Of a stretch of DNA of 50,992 nt, positions 40,209-50,992 are shown piece by piece. The notes under the pieces were generated by a model, which was not told the DNA's origin, searched no databases, and saw nothing but the letters and a program-made list of their open reading frames with translations. The stretch is from Hydrurus foetidus. Its lineage: Eukaryota. Location: NCBI GenBank assembly GCA_900617105.1, contig UYFQ01000406.1, forward strand, positions 1 to 50,992. The letters are read 5' to 3'. The translations under genes and the position numbers were made by a program. Numbering within the stretch: the stretch's first letter is position 1; each line of letters opens with the position of its first letter.

Positions 40209-40636
40209 TTACTTCTTAGAGTTCAATGCAGCTAACAGTATTTCAGTCTGACGCATACTCATTTCATGCTGCATTTTACGGGCTTCTCTGTCATCCTCCA
40301 GCTGTAGACGCCGGGCCTCTCTGTTCTCCTCGAGCTCAAGACGGCGGAACGTGCTCTCCTCTCGAAAGGTATCCTCTTTCAACTTCAGGGTCCTCTCAGC
40401 GTGCTCATCTTTTCTCCTTTTCTCGGCGCAGTTCATCTTCTCAGATAAAGCTTTCACGAGAACAGAATCCAAGGAGGTCATCTGTGCCGGCGCGGTCTTC
40501 TCGGATGTACTGCTTTCACAGAGGGATCTCTTCTTGGTGGATTTGGGCGTCACGCGACCATTTTTCGCTTCAGCTTCTTGAGCAGCTCCCTCAGCAGCTA
40601 TCCTGATGGCCTTCTCATCACCTATCACATCGACAC
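40209..40636 (-). pseudogene. C-terminal coiled-coil part of the probable Harbinger ORF2 (DNA-binding partner), cut by a copia insertion
   Basis: Convergent with the transposase; E/R-rich coiled coil ending in an M/L-rich helix; the 5' part is replaced by an LTR at 40637. Confidence 0.6.
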
Positions 40637-41387
40637 TGTCGTAACTAAGGATCAGTTTCCACTGAATGGAAAACTATATCCTTCCTGGGTACGCGCTCCT
40701 TCTGCAGGTTCAACACGTGCGCTAGCAACTTTCCCGGGCTCAAGGCGAAAGCTCTGCTGGTGTGAGTATTAAGGTAATTAACGATGCAACATCGCTTACA
40801 TCGTTCATGGAGACAGGCGAAAAGATCGCGCTGTCCCGCACAGTCAAACATGGTGCACTTTCGTCTTTTTGATGTTCCTGGGTTAAAGGAACCTGGACCG
40901 GTGGAGTAGCGACCACCACACAGCACACGACGTACGAAACGTCATCAAATGTACATACGTAATAACTTATACGGTTACTTAGCTCATTAGTTATTCCGAC
41001 ACACCCCTATGGCGTGAGTCGTCGGGTTGGTGTACGCGAATGAAAACGCAATAGAATTCAAAAATGCTTCGTTTACTTGAAGCTTCACAAATGGTGTATC
41101 ATAACATGATTTTATATTGTAGGGAAGTAGGGTAATGGTGGGGTTGACCTTAATTGTGACGTTAGATAATTTATTGCATGCAGGGTAATATTAGTATCAT
41201 AAGGTCTGACTGATCCGAATGAGCATAGAGTTAAACAATTCTAAAAAGACTTTATGTAACACGCAAAAGATTACACTTAAAATAATTTTCTGACTTGTTA
41301 TACTATCTGATTCCGGAATCGGGTCTTGGGTCTGGGTCCACGGTCCTCGCTCTTTATGTCTCTGTCAGGGTTTTCTTGAGTCGCACT

Positions 41388-41600
41388 TGATGGGGTAGAA
41401 GAAAAGTGATGGAGGGGGGCAGCAGGAATGATGGAGTCTTGGTGTCTTGAGTGGTCAGTCTTCGTCGTGACGCGCGCTGATGGGGTAGTAGAGTCGGATG
41501 TGGGGGCAGTAGGAATGACGGAGTCTTGGGGTCTTGAGTGTTCAGTCTTCAGCTGAAGCGGACAGCGGCGTTGTAGAAGGGTAAGATGGAGGGGGGTAGC
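41388..41600. repeat. ~89-bp imperfect tandem repeat in the copia 3' region
   Basis: TGATGGGGTAG...GGGGGCAG.AGGAATGA.GGAGTCTTGG.GTCTTGAGTG.TCAGTCTTC occurs twice, plus a partial third copy. Confidence 0.8.
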
Positions 41601-41629
41601 ATGTCGGATGGATTCTTCGTCGGTGGGTG

Positions 41630-44578
41630 TTAATTCTTCTTGGACGTAAAATATGGAAATCGTGGGTTGAAATTGGTGCGTACGGGTGTCGGTGCGGAGT
41701 CCGTACGGTCCTCAGTCTTGCATCCATCTGCGTACGTGAGGGTAGGTGGTGAGGTGTTGAGCAGCTCCTTCCTGAGCTTCTTGAACAATTCACCCTGCAG
41801 TGGCTTGGTTAGAATGTCTGCAATCATGTCAGTAGTAGGTAGGTACACAATGTCTACATCGCCTGTACTGATTCTGTCGTGCAGGAAAAAATACCGTATA
41901 TCAACGTGCCGCGTACGTTCGCTGTTCGAGCGACCGTTACGTATGAGCTGTATCGTAGACTGATTGTCTTGATACACTAAGGCGGGAGGTTGAGGGTGTC
42001 CCTGGCACTCCAGGAAGTTCCTGGTCCACAGAACTTGGTTGGCGGAGTCGCTGAGTGCGACTAGCTCGGCCTCCGTGCTGGACTTTGTCATGAGGCGCTG
42101 AGTACCGCTCTTGGCGTAGATCGCTCCCTTCCCAAGGGTGATTACGCTGCCTGTGTGACTTTTCATATCGGGATGTATGGCAAAGGATGCATCGATATAT
42201 GCAATAACATGAATAGGTTCATATACTTCAAATGTTATACCCGTATGCTGACTACCCCGTATGTACTGTATCGTACGGGTCAGCTTGTCGTAGTCGTCCC
42301 TTTGGGGCCTCAGCACTCTCTTTGTCAGGAACGCTACGGCAGTCAGAATGTCTGGCCTCGTCCTCTTACTCAGGTAGAGTAGCTTCGCTGTAATAGAGTG
42401 AAAACGCTCACGCAGATTATCAGGTAAGGGTGAGTCGGATTCATCAGGGATAGTGAATAGATTGGCTCGTGCGGGTGTGTTTGCCGTGCCCGGCATATCC
42501 TTACACCCCTCAATGAGGTCTTGTACGAAGCCTTCCATAGTCATTTTAACGCAGCTTCCTTGCTGAAGTCGAAAGTCATGCCTATGTAATTTAAAACTTT
42601 TCCTCTGTGTTTGGTTAGACCGGGATATATAGTTTCAATTTGTTTTATAACATCATCAACGCGAGATTCACTTGAAGCAGTAATTATCATATCATCAACA
42701 TGAATTACGAGTGATGTTTGTGTGTTATCCGATTCAGTTCGGTTGAATACGCATATGTCATATTCATTAGCAGTATAATTGAATTTGATCAAATCACTGG
42801 ATAGCTTATCATACCATAGTTTAGCAGATTCAACGCATCCATATAAAGCTTTCTTAAGTTTAACAATACATGTTCCATTGTTATTCAGGTATTTGTTATA
42901 TGTTGCATCAATCTTAATTAGTGCAGCAGTCAGTTGTTTATTCAGACGCATGTATACAACATGGTCGCCGGTCAGCGGCATATCACTATTCAGGAATGCA
43001 CCGGGAAGTCAACAGTGGCGACAGCACGCTTCTGTCTAGCAGCAATTGCAGTCAGCATGAATACACTAGATGTGCTAGCAGTAGGTGAGGCGCCATTGTT
43101 ATAAACATCTCTATCTTGTAAGTGCCCACCGGCTACTAGTCTAGATTTCAGTTTTTCAAACATACCATCAGCAGTATACTTTTCTTTCAAGAACATGCTA
43201 CTAGGTATAATGGTGCGTTTTTGTTGTGGGGTGAGGGATTCGTAAGTTACACCTTCCCAAACATTCTTATCACACATTTGTTTCAATTCAGATGTAATGG
43301 AATCAACAGCTATCACCCCTAACTTATTAATTCCCTCATTAACAGTCATTTTGTACAGGTGAGTGTGGTTGTAGAACAGATTACCAACATATTTCTTATC
43401 CCATTTACCAAGTTGGTGATTTCTACCACTTCTTCGTAACACGGGTGAGTTTATAACGGGTGGGTCATATGCAGTTTCAATTATGGTGGCAGGTGGTGTG
43501 AATACTTCAGTGTGTACAGTTACATCAGCAAAGTCATCTTCATCATCACTTATGCCAAATATGTCATCTATCAGTGCTTGATCATATTTAGGTTGGGGTA
43601 CATGCGTGTCATCATGTGTGTCATCATAATAGAGTTCGTCATTATCGTATGTAGTGTCACTCACATATAGTGTGTCATCTACATACTCATCTAATGTGGG
43701 TGGGTGATTTTCATCAGACATATCGAGTTGTGATTCAAGATGTGTTTCGTTATCATTGTGATCGTTATCTTCAATAATCTCATCGGTGTAATCTGCGTTA
43801 GCATTTTCATCGACAGTTTCATATTCAACATCACCAATGTAAGCACTATCATCTTCAACATCGTCATCATCATCGAATACAATGTGACTACTATTCTCAA
43901 AGACAGGCTGTTTAACATTGGCAGTTTTTCTCTTTGAAGCTAATACATTTAAGTGTAATATCACTTCATCAGGCATAGGTAGTACAGTCGCTTTAGTACG
44001 TTTTACAATACGTTCGTTAGCTAACAGCATGTAGTACCATGAACCTTCTAGATTACCGGAGCTCATAAGTGCTATAGCCCCGGCTGTTCTTGGTTTGGTA
44101 GAGTTATCAATGACATCATTATGCACTTGGACATAATCACCAAAACCATGTTTAATCTCCTTATCTACGTCTAACTTTCTTCCAGTTAATTTCTCTCGTG
44201 GACTGATGTGATTAAGTGAGTTACGTGTGGGTGCTAATACAATTCTACTGACTGCATACTTAACTAACCACACTTCTAATTTCTCATTCAATGAGAACGG
44301 TAGAGAATTGACTACTGATCTTACTCTCTCCTTTATGTGTCGTATCTTACGCTCGACTACGGCTACGGCTTCTCCGGCTCCGGTAACGTCTAGTACTATA
44401 CCTCTTAAGCCGACTTTGTTGTGAAACCATTCTGTATTGATTGCACCCTCGCCGTCTACTCGGATCATCTTAACTCTGAATCTGTACTTTACCATGCTTG
44501 CTAATGAAGTCTTTAGGCTGTTCCATATGCTCTTGTGCTCTCGGTTAGCTAACTTGCTAACGTATAGGAACTCGATGG
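41630..44578 (-). pseudogene. Copia Pol (integrase, RT, RNase H) with two frameshifts
   Basis: RVDGE, VERKIR, KSRLVAGG, ALYGCVES, HVDD, RPDI, IDAS, SSTEAELVA, ADILTKPL; INT-RT-RH order. Confidence 0.93.
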
Positions 44579-46080
44579 TGTGACCTTGGAAGGCAAAAGA
44601 GAAGGGAAATCTAAAGGCTAAAAGGAGCTAGTTAGTTAGGGATGAAGGCAGAAGGTACGCTAGTAACTTCTGCAAAGCAGCACAAACTAGCTAGTGACTG
44701 ATAGTCGTGGCTGTGAACACGAAGGTACTAAGGTGGAAACAGCATCTAATCGGCTGAATGGGGTAGCAGACCCTGAGGGAGCCACACTACCCCTACTTAT
44801 CTCTCGTTTTCTCATTTCTCTCTCCCTCTCCCTCTCTCTCTCTTGGTGAGTCTCTAGCTACAGTGTGTAACAAAACAAATATGACTCAAGCGTGAGAAAG
44901 AAAAATGCAGAAAAAGATAATAAAAAATAAAAATAAAAATAAAATACAGAAATAAATGCGTACAATAAATACAGATATTTGTACATGTGAGAGATGGGGA
45001 AAGCGAGAAACGAGAGTGCCTAGATGTGTTGTAACTAAGTGTTCCCCTACACATTTATGTCAGATTTTTACTGACTAAACCTCCTGAAAAGCAACGTAAC
45101 GTTGTAAAAATGAGGAGGAATCTTCAAAAGATAATGTGTAGGTCGTTCCTGGGGAACTTACTTGTCTGTCGGAATTATTTTCGACATGCCGTGAAGGCGT
45201 AGATATGTGTGAAGAGCGTCTGTAAGACGAAGATTCTTCCACGACTCCCACGTATTGTGCGAGTCATCAAAGTCAGTCCATTTGACTAAAAACCGCATTT
45301 GGGTTTTGCGCCTGGAATTACCTTGGTGCTGAAGAATGGAATCGATAAAGAATTCCATATAATCGCGGCGTGCGACATCAGCAGGATCCGTGTGTTTCGG
45401 ATTGAAAACAAATTGTTTAAGATTACTAATATGAAGATGTTTATGTTTCTTCGTAGTTATATCTAACAACGTATAATCAGAATTGTGAATCGATATCACT
45501 TGAAACGGTCCCCGCCACAACGTGTGTAACCGTGTGGGCGGTTGTGTGGTATATCTAGCCAACACATATGAACCTACGGGAAAAACCGTTATATCCTGTG
45601 GACTTGTGGCAACGTGAGCCGCGTCCATTGTGCGCAAAGCAGTTTGTGCTTGGGCAATCAGGGTATCCTGGATGTGATACATCTCACAGACCACTTTCGA
45701 TGCGGAAGTTTCCACTTCCGGTAATTGTGGGAATGGTGACAGTATGCCCGAATCAAGATTGATTTGGTTACCAAACAATAAACTTGCTGGAGAGGCATTG
45801 GTACTGCTGTGAATTGAAGAATTCAAAATGCGCTGTACAAACGGTAAGCAGTTTTTGTACTGGTATACGTCGTTTGTATCATACAGGAACGAACGTAAGT
45901 ACCGGTTAATTTCTTTATTAACTCGTTCAACTATAGCATTCTCTTGTTTAGAGTACGCTAGTGTCAAGTTGTGGGGTGTACCCGTTGACACGAGGAATTG
46001 TTTGATCAATTCGTTAGCAAAATGCGAACCCCGATCAGATCTGATCATTTGGGGTGCACCGTATCTTCCAAAGTGTTGGA
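44579..46080 (-). mobile_element. Gypsy family C 3' part (3' LTR 44579-44786, PPT, integrase-chromodomain 45158-46080)
   Basis: LTR matches 1321-1527; SDRGSHF, VERVN, WRGPF, VKWTDF..NTWES. Confidence 0.92.
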
Positions 46081-49000
46081 TGTGGTAGTTCCGGGTCCAA
46101 GGTCCCGATCCTACCGGATAGTACTACGGTACACTACCCACCGTACACTACAGTCTGTTGTATCGTCGTAGCCACTTACAGCCTCCACGTAGAAGTTAAC
46201 CCTAGCTTCTAGCTTCCTGCTGTAACTAACTACCTCTCTAGCCTTCCACCTCTTCCTTTTCCCATTCGAGCCACAATAGCGCTATTTCCGCTCATCCTCC
46301 TTCTCTTCTTTTCTACCCATCTACTCGTCCCAAACTTTAGATAGACTTCCAAAGGAGTATACTCACTCCACGACTTCCGAGGAGTCGTTTTCTCGCTGAG
46401 CCCGAAGCTCCGAGAACTTAGTTTAAGTTTACAGGAGTTTGGCATAGCCGCTTCCTGCTTGAAACCCTCCGAAAGGTGTTTTCAAAAGTTCGTTTTGGTC
46501 GAAGTCGCGAGAGGCTTCCCAACTCGAAATTAAGGAGTTCTCCACTGGCAATTTGGACACCGGTTCCACTGCTAGAGACATCAGATTAGTCTAAGGACGT
46601 CTTTTGGTCGACAGGAAGTTCTTCCTTCATCCTTAACAGGACACCAAAATTTTTATCACCCAAAATTCGGCTTCGACGCCATAGAATTTTTCTCGACAAG
46701 AGTGGGTTGAAATCATCTCATTCGCTGTTACTTGCGTAAAGTACTCGATACGCGAACGAGGCGAAGCTCTCGCAAAATTTTTTGACGAGGAAAGCTCGTC
46801 CTAGCTTCGCTACAACTCGATTTATATCGATTGCTCATCCTACGATAGGAGATGGAAGACGAGGGTCTACATCCTGAGCCTGAGCCAAATGAGCCAGACA
46901 ACGAGCATGAGGTTGATGAGGAAGGAAACATCCTTAACATCTCACAAAGCTCACAATCGTCAAGCATGGGTTTTCCCCAGACGCTTCAGATCCAGCGTGA
47001 GATATTCATCCTACGGGGAGATTATATTACTCCGCAGGATGCTGAAGAATTCTATGAGCAAGCACAACGCTTACCTCACTTGCATATTAAACAATGCATG
47101 CAACGTCAAGCAATCGATTTGCTTCATGTTAAAATCTTAACTGATCAGTCGACACTGGCAGTTATTACCAATGAGCAACGCCTTAATTGGCAAAACCTCC
47201 TTCCGATAGAGAGTGTTGGCAAGTTGGTAATGCAATACTTTTGCAAGAACAAACAAGGGGATCATACCTTAGCAGAACTGTTTGCTAAGGTCCCCTTCCA
47301 CTATTCTCTTTCCTCCGATGAGGAAGAGTTAGTAACGTACATGGCGTACAAAGAGATCGCCACGGATCACGAACGTGTCCGTCATATCACCGCATCTCAG
47401 CATGCCGAGTTGATAGCGATTCTTGAGAAACGACTCCCTCGAGGGAGCCGAATCTTGGGTGATTACGTCGCTCACAAAGCACGTGACAATGAGTCCCCAA
47501 GACGTGGGAAGTCGCCATGCTGCGCATTATCGCGGTCGTCACGGCGGCTCGCGACGCAATTCACATGAGCAGGAGTTATGGCAACCCTGACATTGTCTAC
47601 TCGTTTCCGAGTACAGCAGTCCCTCCTCCCCGCTCTACTAAAAAGCGGGCGAGCACACTGGCTATCCGTGATGTAGATATCCCAAGTGGGAGTAGCAACC
47701 TGGCGGTACGTTCGACACTTGACGAACCGTTAGTATCCGCTGCCCGGGTTTGTCGCTCATGCGGAAACCCTGCACATATTCTATCAGATTGTACAGTCAT
47801 GTACTATTCCGATACCAACAACGATCACGGCTGTAACTGGTCTGATTCGTTTGTAGGTAAGGCATGGCTGGCACAAGGGGAAGTTATGTGGCAGGAAAGA
47901 CTCATCCTACCTGGGTTCGAAACCAGGGAGAGATTCCACCCTGCAGGGGCACCCCCTTACTTGATGTGCAATAACAAGAAGCACAAGGGTAACCAGGGTG
48001 GAGGTAAGGGGTTCAACCCAAACCAGGGAAACCAAAACCAAGGTTCGGGAAACCGTGGGAATCAAAACCAAGGTAACCAAAACCAAGGTTCCGGAAACCA
48101 CAACAACCAAGGTTACGGAAACCAAAGTAACCAAAACCGCAACCAAGGGAACCCTGGTCCTACGGGCAACCAAGGTGGTGGCAGAGGGTATCAAGGTAAA
48201 AACCCTCGAGGGGGTCGATACAACCCACCCCAAGGGGATAACAACGCGAGCAACGGCTCTGCAAACCAACAAGGTACATATGATCCTGATGTCGATTCAT
48301 CTGATGTCACTGACATGGAACATTCAGTATCATGCATTACTGCATCGGTCATTCCAGCATTTATTCCCGATGAATTTTTGCATGATCCATCAATTCTACC
48401 TTCTGATCATCTCAACGTAACGGTTTTGATACAGGATAAGAATATGGAGCGCCAATCTAGCGTACGACGCGTTGTGGGCAAGGCCGTACTCGATACCGCC
48501 AATTACTCCGAGGATTTTATTTCTTTCACGATGATTGATAAGTTGAATGCTAAACATGACTGTTATAAAGCTTCTAAACCCATTACTGTTTGCTCTGGTC
48601 TCGATGGCCAGTGCTATATAAATAACGAAATGATTGATTTAATTCTTAAATTTCATTCTTATGACGGCGAATGTCATACCATCCCTTTAACGATGCGGGT
48701 TAATAGGAACACAGACATTGAACTTTTACTAAGTCGAAAAACTGTAAATAAATATGATTTTATGTCATTAACACCTTTCGCTTTTGGTATTTCTCCCGAG
48801 CTTAGTGCCGAGAACAAAAGGAAGCGTGATGCTCGTTGGCTCGAGTTTGAAGAAAGGGAAGCGATAGCCAAGCTTGACCCACTTCACTGGCACAAGTACA
48901 CCAGACGTATGATATCTGAGGGTTTTATACCCGACGAACCGGAAGTGGAGTCGATTACACCTACATACGATATGTTAAAGGGTATCACCAAAGCAAGACT

Positions 49001-50992
49001 TTCGAATCGGAGAGAACCATACGGTCTCTGCCCAATGCCAACACCTAAGAAGGCCATTCTGCACGCACCTCTAACCAAGGAAGTCGTAGGGTCAGATTGT
49101 CATACAACGTTCACGTGTAACGTTACCCAGGATGGTACCAAGGGAGTAGCTACCCAAAGTCCATGTGGTGATGTGGGTTGTCAGCGACTGGACAGTGTCT
49201 CGACTGTACTCGCGAAACGTACGGGTGATACCCCGCACCTAGATGGTGACTCGATTCCCATCCTCACACATACCTCTGGGGACACAGTTACATCAGACTA
49301 TGACGTGGAAGCCATATGGCCAAGCGGTGTCGCACTCTCCGTTGACGAGATTGACGATGATAAAACTGATACCTTCGCACCTTTCTTGCGTGACAAGACG
49401 TGCCGGAATGTACCGCCCAACGGGCCGGATGATTTCTTGTCTCAGATTCATTTTGAAGGAGATGAAAGCCTTCAAAAGGATCTCCGTACTCTCTGTTCTG
49501 AATTCGCTGATATATTCAGTGATAAGCTAGCTCCGCAAGCTGCTGACCTCAAGCCGTTTGAGATAAACCTGCCACGGCAGAAATGGGAGGTTCCATCGAA
49601 CCACGCACCCGTGCGACCCCAATCCTCTAAAAGGAACATTATCTCCGCACTTCTATCGAAGAGATGTTGGAAGATGGTGTGATCGAGAGGTCGAACGCTG
49701 CATACTACAGTCATCCTGTAATGGTAAATAAGACAGCCGATACATATCGAACCTGCATCGATTATCGCGCACTCAATGAATGCATTGAGCCGGCCTCCTT
49801 TCCACTACCAAATATCAAACACCTCTTTGAGAGGATCGGTAATCGAAAACCGGATATTTATGGGGTGATGGATTTAACCGCGGGTTACCATCAAGCTCCC
49901 TTATATACACCCCACCGAATCTATACGGCATTTATATGTTTCATGGGGTGTTTCAATTCACAAGATTGCCTTTTGGCCCTTGTCGTGCCCCTCTTACTTT
50001 CAAGAGCAGATGGTGACAACGGTCCTTCACGGTCTCATATACAGCTGTTGCGAGATGTATCTCGACGATTGCATTGTATATGGCCGGGGCGAAGCAGAGT
50101 TTCTTTTGAACTTGAGGAAAGTCTTTGAGAGATTTAGACTTAAAAATCTTAAACTCAAAGCAAAGAAATGCCGATTCGGTCTTAAACGTATCGAATACGT
50201 CGGACGAGTCATCGACAAAGATGGTTTATCCATGTCGAAAGAAAGATTGAGACAGTTCTCAACTTTCCACTTCCAAAAGAAGTTACGGCATTACGGGGAT
50301 TCCTTGGCTTAGCCAATTATTTCCGTCAATTCGTTCCTTTTCACTCAGAAATGGTAAAACCACTTCACATGATGGTGGATCCAAAAGCGGTTAAACGCTC
50401 TCCAATTTTTGGACCCTCGAGGGGACAAACGCATTCAATGAGACAAAGATCGCTGTATCTCGTTGTCCATTGATGTATTTCATCGATGAAACTTCACCCA
50501 TCAGATTATATACTGATGCATCTGATTATGGAATCGGTGGTGTATTATTCCAAGTCATTAATGACTCATGGAAACCAATCGCTTTTATTAGCAAATCTTT
50601 ATCTGCAACTCAGATTAATTGGTCAACAATACAAAAGGAGGCTTACGCTATCTTTTATTGTTGCCAACAATTGGATTATCTTATCCGAGATCGGAAATTC
50701 ACTATTCATACTGATCATATGAATTTGACATATATGAAACAAAATCCTACTTCGATGGTAGCGGTGGTTCATTGCAATGCAAGAACTAGATTTCACCGTT
50801 CATTTTGTTAAAGGATCTGATAACGAACTAGCCGATGCGCTGTCACGGTTATGTCCGAATCTTACTGAGATTGCTCTACCATTGACAATTGTCAAAGATG
50901 ATTGTTCATCATCATCTACATCTTCTTCCACAAGTGTGGCGGCTTTTACGGTCATCCAGACGTACAGATGAACAAAACTTCATATTCAAATG
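46081..50992 (+). mobile_element. Gypsy family A, 5' LTR 46081-46275, ~575-nt leader, gag-pol running off the window
   Basis: TGT...ACA LTR inserted into the family C integrase, followed by gag, protease, RT and RNase H. Confidence 0.95.
46852..50992 (+). CDS. Gag-Pol polyprotein (CCHC knuckle, NQG-rich tract, protease, RT, RNase H), broken by several single-base frameshifts
   Basis: CRSCGNPAHILSDC, VLDTANYS, RTCIDYR, YLDD, YTDAS; gag and protease share one frame (47517-49682). Confidence 0.92.

Larger units (their letters stand above)
40637..44578 (-). mobile_element. Ty1/copia element 3' part (3' LTR 40637-41001, PPT, integrase-RT-RNase H)
   Basis: TGTCGG...CGACA LTR preceded by PPT ATAGGGGTG; truncated in integrase by a gypsy LTR at 44579. 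Confidence 0.92.

Noticed and set aside
1321..44786. Family C LTRs at 1321 and 44579 as the two ends of one giant element
   Set aside because: Their internal sequences point away from each other and the flanks share no TSD; they are separate copies.
46852..50992. Programmed frameshifting in gag-pol
   Set aside because: Frameshift positions differ among copies and often sit in homopolymers, consistent with decay or sequencing error.

Overview
Eukaryotic nuclear DNA (short GT-AG introns, a flagellar EFHC/DM10 gene; a flagellated protist, possibly a stramenopile, by inference). Only two host genes are evident: an EFHC1/Rib72-like gene (+, 2988-6304) and an STK19-like gene (-, 6687-7626). The rest is a deeply nested transposon cluster: about nine pieces of chromodomain Ty3/gypsy elements from 4-5 LTR families, three Ty1/copia elements, a tyrosine-recombinase (Ngaro/DIRS-type) retrotransposon split by a gypsy insertion, a pogo-like DDE transposon with 44-bp TIRs, a PIF/Harbinger element, several MITEs and tandem repeats. 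Main observation: all five gypsy 5'-LTR/leader junctions lack a tRNA primer-binding site. Each instead has a perfect 12-bp palindrome overlapping the last LTR base, in four different sequences. The elements also share a long covarying structured leader and conserved 3'-UTR hairpins, which together suggest tRNA-independent priming or dimerisation. Family labels A-E are my own by-eye groupings. All calls come from motif recognition without database searches, and many frameshifts in homopolymers could be sequencing errors.
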